Source: Patescibacteria group bacterium (lineage in GTDB: Bacteria > Patescibacteriota > Minisyncoccia > Minisyncoccales > CAZWNE01). From it: DNA of 42,512 nt. Location of the stretch: contig JBBTTI010000040.1 of assembly GCA_038078735.1 (NCBI GenBank), positions 1 to 42,512 on the forward strand, read 5' to 3'. The translations under genes were made by a program, and so were the position numbers. The notes under the pieces were generated by a model that had not been told where the DNA came from, searched no databases, and saw only the letters and a list, made by a program, of their open reading frames with translations. Of the stretch, positions 36,407-42,512 are shown piece by piece; the stretch's first letter is position 1; the number at the start of each line of letters is the position of its first letter.

Positions 36407-36508
36407 ATGTCTGGATTGAAGATCGTTATTACGGAGCGTAGGCTAACGGACGAGCTGACCAAAGGCGATCACCGTGACTGCGCAGGTGGCAGTCATTGCA
36501 ACAGATAA
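36407..36508 (+). CDS. Candidate RiPP precursor peptide MSGLKIVITERRLTDELTKGDHRDCAGGSHCNR (33 aa)
   Basis: AAGGAGGTGA RBS 4 nt before ATG, promoter upstream and terminator downstream. Cys/Ser-containing C-terminus; directly follows ycaO. Confidence 0.8.
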   Translation: MSGLKIVITERRLTDELTKGDHRDCAGGSHCNR

Positions 36509-36540
36509 CAAAAAAGAGTTGCAAATATGACGTCGCCAAA

Positions 36541-36577
36541 GGGACTGAGTGGCACAAAGCTATTCAGTCCCCTTTTT
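36541..36577 (+). terminator. Rho-independent terminator after precursor
   Basis: GGGACTGAGTGGC/GCTATTCAGTCCC stem (two G-U pairs) followed by CTTTTT. Confidence 0.7.
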
Positions 36578-36680
36578 ATATCTTCGCAAGATTTAACAAA
36601 GACTATATCAGTAGATATGCTATTCTTGATTATGTAGACCCAGCTCTTTAGTAAATAAATAATCTCCGAGGAGGGTAGTA

Positions 36681-37493
36681 GTGAAAACCATAAGAGGAAA
36701 GTTTAACACGGTTCAATTCATTGATGCACAATCCGTCCAAAAAGTTGCTATTGATCAAAAAGTTGCTCTCCCATCGCGTCTGAAGATAGAAGCTTGGGCA
36801 CTTTCTTTTGCCAAGAAGAACAGAATTAATGTTCCTCGCGTGCTGAAGTATTATCTTAATTCGCTGGGCCAAGAAGTATTGGTCACAGAAAGAATCAATG
36901 GAGAAACTCTGTCACCCAAAGAATGTCAAAAACATCCTCAATATTTGGAAGATATAGGAAACCAGATGGCTCTTCTGGGGCAAGTTTCGTCGGGCTATGG
37001 ATGGATTGATCCTGTAACTGGCTTTGGATGTCATAAAACTTGGCCATCATTTTTAGAGTGTCTCGTTTGGGAATATGGGAGTGAACTTGTCCACCTACAT
37101 TTGATTGAGGATAAACTCTTAGTTCGCATACAAGATGCGATCAAAAAGACGAATTTATTTTGTCAGCCACCGTTCCTTCTCCACCGTGATCTTAGACCCG
37201 CCAACTTTTTAAGGGATCGCGAAGGAAAGATTTGGATTATTGATTGGGAACGCGCTATCCTAGGAGATCCACTCTACGACATCGCAATGGTAGGGGTTCG
37301 GCATGGTCATGGTATCTTCTGGGAGGGTCTACGAAAGGGGTACAATCTCAGCATTTCTCCTTGGGTGTACACTCTTTATGAAGTTATAGTTCTTCTAGGA
37401 ACTGCTGACTTTTACCGTCAAGTTAGTCCCAAGTATCAAAATGAACTCAAAATCACGCTCAAAGAGTTACACCAATTAGTACAAAACATATAG
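36681..37493 (+). CDS. Aminoglycoside phosphotransferase/choline kinase-family protein
   Basis: VPRV, LLHRDLRPANF, IIDWE and GDPLYD. GAGG-type RBS before GTG. Confidence 0.88.
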   Translation: MKTIRGKFNTVQFIDAQSVQKVAIDQKVALPSRLKIEAWALSFAKKNRINVPRVLKYYLNSLGQEVLVTERINGETLSPKECQKHPQYLEDIGNQMALLGQVSSGYGWIDPVTGFGCHKTWPSFLECLVWEYGSELVHLHLIEDKLLVRIQDAIKKTNLFCQPPFLLHRDLRPANFLRDREGKIWIIDWERAILGDPLYDIAMVGVRHGHGIFWEGLRKGYNLSISPWVYTLYEVIVLLGTADFYRQVSPKYQNELKITLKELHQLVQNI

Positions 37494-37498
37494 CAAGG

Positions 37499-38809
37499 CT
37501 AAGTAAAACCCTTAGCCTTTTTTCTTAGATCTTTATAAAAAAGATATGTGCCATTTAAAATAACTCCTTTAATAGAACGAATATTAGAAATATTTTTAAG
37601 CGGGTTCTTTCTTAAAAGCACAAGATTTGCAATTTTTCCTTCTTCAATTGTCCCAAAATCTAAAAGAGCATCAAGAGATAGCGCTGCATTGTATGTCGCT
37701 GCCTCCAATGCTTGATATGACTTTAATCCGGAATCAACAAGAAGCTCTAATTCCTCTAAAAGCGACACACCCGGAATCACAAATGGATTAGGGGTGTCAG
37801 ATCCCGCAAGAATATTACTATGCTTTTGTAGAAAAGGAAGAATATGCCGAGTCCTTTCACAATAAAGGCAAAAATTTTCCCACCAGAGAGGAGGACGACC
37901 TTTAATATTGGCTGAACTCTTGGGGTGATTTGGATTCCACTTGATTTCTCTGTAATATTTAGGAAGAAGTCGAGCTTCTTTGCTCTGTTTAAGTTTAGAA
38001 TAATCTGCCAGTTGGGACATTTTTTTATCTACAACAAGAGTAGGACATAAGAATACATTATTTCGTTCCAAGAGCGAACCCAGCTTCTCCAATTTTCTTT
38101 TATCTATTTTTACATCAACGAATTTCCTCCATCCCGGGTAATTTTTTAGGTTAGCGTTTACAGAAACGATCTTACTGATATAATTGCGCATACTACTCAT
38201 ATGCTCAAATCCGCCCTGACCCATTTTTATAGCTTTCATAATACTGATTGATTTTGGGAGATGTCCGGTTACTTTCAAGCCACGCTTACAAGCTTCCTTA
38301 AGAATCGCCTCATACACTTCTGGTTTGAGGGTTTGATATACCTTAATAAAATCTACTCCTTGCCGCTTCAGTTCGCTTACGGCAATCCTGCCTTCTTTTT
38401 TATTTCGCACTATCCGGAATCCTTTCCAAAATGGAGGATCTCCTTCCAATATCGGCCCGCATATATACATTCGAGGGCCAAGTACCTTCCCAGAATTTAC
38501 TTTATCCCTCAAGGAAAATATTTCTTTCTTGTAACTTCCTGTTTCTCTAATAGCTGTAATACCATATCGAAGAAAAAGAGAGAGCCATGTTTGTGAATGC
38601 AAGTGCACATGCATATCAAAAAGTCCGGGAATAAGAAATTTCCCCTTTCCATTAATGATGCGTCCTGCGAATTTATCGGTTTCCTGTTTTCGAGAAGGAA
38701 AAATCCGTTTGATTCGCGCCCCTTCAATAACCATATTGTAGCCATGCAATACGCGAGAACCTGGCATGGGAATAATATTAACGTTTTTAATAAGGACAGA
38801 TGATACCAT
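37499..38809 (-). CDS. Metal-dependent amidohydrolase
   Basis: PGL.DMHVH, KVY, GH, EH, AGSD, GTIE.GK.A.LV.L..NPL. Confidence 0.9.
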   Translation of the reverse strand: MVSSVLIKNVNIIPMPGSRVLHGYNMVIEGARIKRIFPSRKQETDKFAGRIINGKGKFLIPGLFDMHVHLHSQTWLSLFLRYGITAIRETGSYKKEIFSLRDKVNSGKVLGPRMYICGPILEGDPPFWKGFRIVRNKKEGRIAVSELKRQGVDFIKVYQTLKPEVYEAILKEACKRGLKVTGHLPKSISIMKAIKMGQGGFEHMSSMRNYISKIVSVNANLKNYPGWRKFVDVKIDKRKLEKLGSLLERNNVFLCPTLVVDKKMSQLADYSKLKQSKEARLLPKYYREIKWNPNHPKSSANIKGRPPLWWENFCLYCERTRHILPFLQKHSNILAGSDTPNPFVIPGVSLLEELELLVDSGLKSYQALEAATYNAALSLDALLDFGTIEEGKIANLVLLRKNPLKNISNIRSIKGVILNGTYLFYKDLRKKAKGFT

Positions 38810-39057
38810 ACAGCTTATTTTAACTCCTATTCCAATTTTAATCCATCACCTAAATTGTGCGAAGCTAAAATTGTGCGAAGCTAAGCTTACCATAAATTTT
38901 ACGACAAAAATTAATATTTTATTTTCTAAATTAATCTTAATAAATATCTTTGTTTTTTAAAGAAAAGGCGATGAAACTCTGTTTCATCTTCACCCTTCGC
39001 TTATCAAGCGCCAGCGAAGATTAAGAAGAGATTTATCTCTTCGCTTCGCTCGGGTAC

Positions 39058-39086
39058 TTGACAAGATGCTTTGCTGGCAGTATATT
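39058..39086 (+). promoter_or_regulatory. Sigma70-like promoter
   Basis: TTGACA-17 nt-TATATT. Confidence 0.65.
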
Positions 39087-39151
39087 TAAGGTGGAACATT
39101 TCTAGTTTAATACAGAATGTTACGAATAAAAATTTCTGAAAAGGAGGAAAA

Positions 39152-39826
39152 ATGACTACGAAAACAACAGAAAAGAAAGTAGCGGAAGTTGTAAAAAACC
39201 AAACAGTGATCCAAACCGAAGTGCCTGAAGTTTTTGAGCAAGGGATGAAGAAAAAAACAAAAGGATGGATGCTCATCGGCATCGGTATCGGCATACTGGT
39301 TATGGCCCTCGTTGGTCTTGGCTTTTGGATGGGTCAGAAAAATAACAGCCCGACAATTTCCAAGCAAGAACAAGCCATTGTCGCTAATGTCCAATCGGAC
39401 ACGCCACTCACCTCTAATCAGCAAGCCTATCTCCAAAAATCGCTAGAGGAAGGGCAAAAATCGCTGAACCAACAGAATGGTTCGTCTGTGCCAGTAAATG
39501 CACCTGTAGTTGTACCGCCCTCTGTGCGGTCCGACTTCAAGCCCGAGTATAAAGAAACTCCTGAAGCAAAAGGAAAAATCCTATTTAAATTTACGACTGA
39601 CGCAAAGGCGATCAACTACACGGTAAAAAACACAAGCGATAAGTCACTTTTTGTTTGGGACAGAGGAGAACAAAAAGACGCCTCGGGCAAGATTCTTGAT
39701 CGTCGGGGTGGCGAAGAACCCTCTTGGTTTTTGCTCAAACCGGGAGAAAGTATTAACGATTCTAGGTGGCAGATAGATCCAGAAGCTAAAAAATTAGCTA
39801 TGTGGGTAGAAGTGAAAGCCCAATAA
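39152..39826 (+). CDS. Single-pass membrane hypothetical protein
   Basis: AAGGAGG RBS, TM helix WMLIGIGIGILVMALVGLGFW, own promoter and terminator. Confidence 0.8.
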   Translation: MTTKTTEKKVAEVVKNQTVIQTEVPEVFEQGMKKKTKGWMLIGIGIGILVMALVGLGFWMGQKNNSPTISKQEQAIVANVQSDTPLTSNQQAYLQKSLEEGQKSLNQQNGSSVPVNAPVVVPPSVRSDFKPEYKETPEAKGKILFKFTTDAKAINYTVKNTSDKSLFVWDRGEQKDASGKILDRRGGEEPSWFLLKPGESINDSRWQIDPEAKKLAMWVEVKAQ

Positions 39827-39840
39827 TGGCAAACAAAAAA

Positions 39841-39871
39841 CGACCTCACTTTTCTTGTAAAAGTGAGGTCG
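39841..39871. terminator. Bidirectional terminator
   Basis: CGACCTCACTTTT/AAAAGTGAGGTCG stem between convergent genes, with A- and T-tracts either side. Confidence 0.75.
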
Positions 39872-39874
39872 GTT

Positions 39875-41218
39875 TTATTTTTGCGCTGGAATAACTTTTA
39901 AAGAAGAAATACCTTCTTTGCCAACAGGATGATCAACCCCTAAATTAAACTGGTCCGCTGATATAACTTCGCAGTTATGTTGGAAATTTTTATTTTGGAA
40001 AATAAGGGCCAAGTAATTGCCATCAATTTTAAGAGATAAAACCTTATCTTCAATAAATTGCCCGTCACCGTAACGATTGTCGCCCGAGCCTAAGTCTGGA
40101 TAGCTACCCACGGGGAAAGGTTTAAAAATTTTTTTAGCGTCGGCGACATTTTCATTTACCATTTGCATTTCCGTATAATTCTCCAATTTGTATAAAATTA
40201 CACCGCCTTTGGCCGGGTCAGGAGGTTCGTTCGGCTGGACAAAGACGGTAATAGACGAAACACCGCCGTCTTTTATTTTGGGCAGAACCACATCTCTATC
40301 CGCCGTAAAAACATCACAAGATAAAGTGTAATTCGTTCCTTCATGCAAGATGGCGCCGAATTTCATACTTGAATAACCGCAAGTTTTATCAAACATCTGA
40401 CCGCTTTTTTTGTCGCATTCCTCTTCGGAAATATCTTCGTAAGCATAAGCGTTTTTAAATTTGATAGAAGTAATTTTATCTTCATAATCTCTTATAATAT
40501 TTGAAGGAAATTCGGAAAAAGACCGGCTGGTGAAAAAGCAGGAACCGTCGGCTTTGCACAGATAAACCCCGGGAAATTGATATTCTATTTTGATTGACTT
40601 GGGCGATGGAGACAGCTCGCAAGCCTTTTCAAAACAATCTTTGCCAACTAATTTTACATTAGAATCCACCCAGGCTTTGACAAAATTGGGGTCAGTGCTG
40701 AACTGGTAAAATTTGGCGCTGGGGAAATCACTTAAGCTTTGGCTAATAGTGATAGTTTTTTGGTTCTCGGCAATATTGAATTTAGAGTCAGTTGGCAACA
40801 TTGTATAAAGAATAATCCCCTGATTCCCTCCTTTAATTTCCGGATTAATCAGCGCCAACTGGGGATTAATCGTGGTTAAAAACAAATAAGAGCCCAAAAG
40901 GATAATCAGGCCGATAAAAGCGTCGGTTATTTTTGTTTTTGCCTCGGACATAGCCGAAGGGTTTTGGGCTTCGGTTACCAATCTGAAGCCGGAATAAAAA
41001 ATCACGCTAAAAACAACCATACTGGAAATGGCAATGGCAAAGTTAAAACCATACTTTATATAGTCCGGCAAAAGCGTTTGGGTAGTTTTTGGCGGAGCTA
41101 AACTGCCAATTTGGGGATAGGTTATTTCCAATTCCCGAGCAACGACAAAATTATCTGTTAATACAAATAGAACAAAAAAGAGAAAAAAGATTAAAAAAAG
41201 TTTTTTAAGAATAGACAT
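39875..41218 (-). CDS. Pilin-like (TrbC/VirB2-type) membrane protein with C-terminal beta/gamma-crystallin-like repeats
   Basis: Y..GF......NP.....AK..I..A.IG..ILLGSY..L.TINPQL module, then repeated xLy...NY/F...C...ISS(I/L)KV Greek-key-like motifs. Confidence 0.65.
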   Translation of the reverse strand: MSILKKLFLIFFLFFVLFVLTDNFVVARELEITYPQIGSLAPPKTTQTLLPDYIKYGFNFAIAISSMVVFSVIFYSGFRLVTEAQNPSAMSEAKTKITDAFIGLIILLGSYLFLTTINPQLALINPEIKGGNQGIILYTMLPTDSKFNIAENQKTITISQSLSDFPSAKFYQFSTDPNFVKAWVDSNVKLVGKDCFEKACELSPSPKSIKIEYQFPGVYLCKADGSCFFTSRSFSEFPSNIIRDYEDKITSIKFKNAYAYEDISEEECDKKSGQMFDKTCGYSSMKFGAILHEGTNYTLSCDVFTADRDVVLPKIKDGGVSSITVFVQPNEPPDPAKGGVILYKLENYTEMQMVNENVADAKKIFKPFPVGSYPDLGSGDNRYGDGQFIEDKVLSLKIDGNYLALIFQNKNFQHNCEVISADQFNLGVDHPVGKEGISSLKVIPAQK

Positions 41219-41224
41219 TTTTAT

Positions 41225-41563
41225 TTAAACGCCCGAACAAAAAAGATTGACAAAGAAACTAAGCTTAATCCAAGAAAAAACAAAGAGGCCGGCAATCAAA
41301 AGAGAAAGCATCACTCTCGCGATAGCTAAATTTCTAAGAGTTTTATTTATTTCGATATCTTTCCTTTTCCAAATGAAAAGACCGCTACTGGCGGGAAGAG
41401 AAATCAAAATAGAAATAAATAAAAGCAAGAAATAAAAAGGAATATTAAAGAAACAACTTAACGAGATAATAAATTTGTTAACAACGAATAAAAGGAGGCC
41501 AGCCAAAATTGCGGCTAGTGAAAATATAATACCAAATATAACTCGCCTTCTAAGGGATTCCAT
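41225..41563 (-). CDS. Small multi-pass membrane protein
   Basis: 112 aa with three hydrophobic segments. Confidence 0.6.
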   Translation of the reverse strand: MESLRRRVIFGIIFSLAAILAGLLLFVVNKFIISLSCFFNIPFYFLLLFISILISLPASSGLFIWKRKDIEINKTLRNLAIARVMLSLLIAGLFVFSWIKLSFFVNLFCSGV

Positions 41564-41638
41564 TATTTCATTTTAACTTATAGAATATCGCTGTCAACCT
41601 GTGAATAAGTCCCCTTACTCTTTAAGCTGCCGAATAAC

Positions 41639-41671
41639 AAAAAATACACAGGTTGAACCTGTGTATTTTTT
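41639..41671 (-). terminator. Rho-independent terminator
   Basis: AAAAAATACACAGGTT-G-AACCTGTGTATTTTTT hairpin. Confidence 0.7.
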
Positions 41672-41685
41672 CTGCGGAGTTAAAA

Positions 41686-41844
41686 CTACATTGCGGGTGT
41701 TGATGGAGGGGTTTGGGTCGGTGGCTGCTGAACTGGCGGTGGTGAAGGAGGGTTCATTATTGGCCCGCCTTTTTTCTTTTTCATTTTTAAAAAAAGAAAA
41801 ACACCTACTGCGGCGACGATGATTATTATATAAAGCAGAGTCAT
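41686..41844 (-). CDS. 52-aa single-TM, Pro-rich small protein (not in ORF track)
   Basis: MTLLYIIIIVAAVGVFLFLKMKKKKGGPIMNPPSPPPVQQPPTQTPPSTPAM*. Starts 10 nt after the murC stop and ends just before a terminator. Confidence 0.7.
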   Translation of the reverse strand: MTLLYIIIIVAAVGVFLFLKMKKKKGGPIMNPPSPPPVQQPPTQTPPSTPAM

Positions 41845-41854
41845 AAGATAATTT

Positions 41855-42512
41855 TTAATTTTTAATTTTAAAATCGGCCTTTGTCAAGTTATAGATATCT
41901 CCCGCTCCCATTATAATCAAAACTTGGCCTTTTTCCAAATTATTTTTAAGATAATCTAAGATACCGTCTTTAGGAATATAAATAACATTTTCCTTTTTAA
42001 TTGCTTTGACTAATTTTTCCGAACTTATTTTATTTTTAATTTCTTTTTCCTCTCGGCCGGCGACATCATAAATGTCAGTGATTATAAGTTTATCAACTAT
42101 TGGGCGTTTACCCTGAGCCTGCCGAAGGGCCTTTCGGAAAACCCTAACAAAGTCCTTAAATAAATAATACGTTCTTTGATATTGGTGGGGTTGATAAACG
42201 CACCAGATTTTCTTATTCGGATATTTTTCCCGAGCCGCTTTCATACCGGCCATAGCCTTGGTCGGGTTATGACCGTAGTCGGAAATAAGAATAAAGGGCT
42301 TGGTTTGGACTATTTCAAAGCGCCGCCAAGCGCCTTTGTATTCTGATAAAGCCTTAAAAGAAATTTTATCGGGAATCTTCAGGGCTCTAGCGCAAGTTAA
42401 AGCCGCTAAGGCATTATAGATATTGTGCTCCCCGGGAACCTTCAAGATCTTCATTAATTTTTTCGCTTCGGGTTGTTTTAGCGAATATGTTGAGGTCGAA
42501 CCTCCGCCAAAT
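41855..42512 (-). CDS. murC: UDP-N-acetylmuramate--L-alanine ligase, C-terminal part (5' end outside window)
   Basis: PGEHN..NA, G..RRFE, DYGH.P, QPHQY.RT and MGAGDI. Frame is open to the window end. Confidence 0.92.
   Translation of the reverse strand, partial: FGGGSTSTYSLKQPEAKKLMKILKVPGEHNIYNALAALTCARALKIPDKISFKALSEYKGAWRRFEIVQTKPFILISDYGHNPTKAMAGMKAAREKYPNKKIWCVYQPHQYQRTYYLFKDFVRVFRKALRQAQGKRPIVDKLIITDIYDVAGREEKEIKNKISSEKLVKAIKKENVIYIPKDGILDYLKNNLEKGQVLIIMGAGDIYNLTKADFKIKN

Noticed and set aside
35995-36462. 155-aa minus-strand ORF
   Set aside because: Antisense shadow of ycaO and the precursor, with no recognisable motif.
41601-41822. 73-aa plus-strand ORF
   Set aside because: It runs through a terminator hairpin. 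The minus-strand 52-aa TM ORF explains the region better.
1-42512. CRISPR array
   Set aside because: No regularly spaced identical repeats with unique spacers and no cas genes. The repeats are dispersed palindromes.
1-42512. Alternative genetic code (TGA recoding)
   Set aside because: Conserved genes are full length under code 11, and TGA ends genes at expected positions (e.g. ftsW, aspS, ferredoxin).

Overview
AT-rich bacterial chromosome segment read with the standard code. Gene content and style suggest a Patescibacteria/CPR (Parcubacteria-like) genome; this is inference from the short archaeal-type AspRS, single Xer recombinase, pilin-like exported proteins and small palindromic inserts. 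The backbone is housekeeping: dnaJ end, tRNA-Lys, S41 protease, rplI, pyrG, rpmA, prenyltransferases, xer, gltX, murG-ftsW-murD-murL-mraY-dacA-aspS and murC. Two accessory biosynthetic loci stand out. (1) A YcaO + SagB-type RiPP cluster at about 33.8-38.8 kb includes a 33-aa candidate precursor gene missing from the ORF track, with its own promoter, RBS and terminator, next to a kinase, an amidohydrolase and a methyltransferase. (2) A very AT-rich operon at about 12.7-19.5 kb sits between two gltX copies and encodes a truncated glutamyl-tRNA-reductase-like protein, an FAD enzyme, a nucleotidyltransferase, two radical SAM/SPASM paralogs and a GluRS. The window also has a dif-like site beside xer near a gene-strand switch (probable terminus), a RAYT transposase with its own palindrome, many short palindromes lying in-frame inside genes, and relic gene ends (tRNA-Lys, gltX, murL) flanking insertions. 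All calls come from motif reading by eye; no searches were run.
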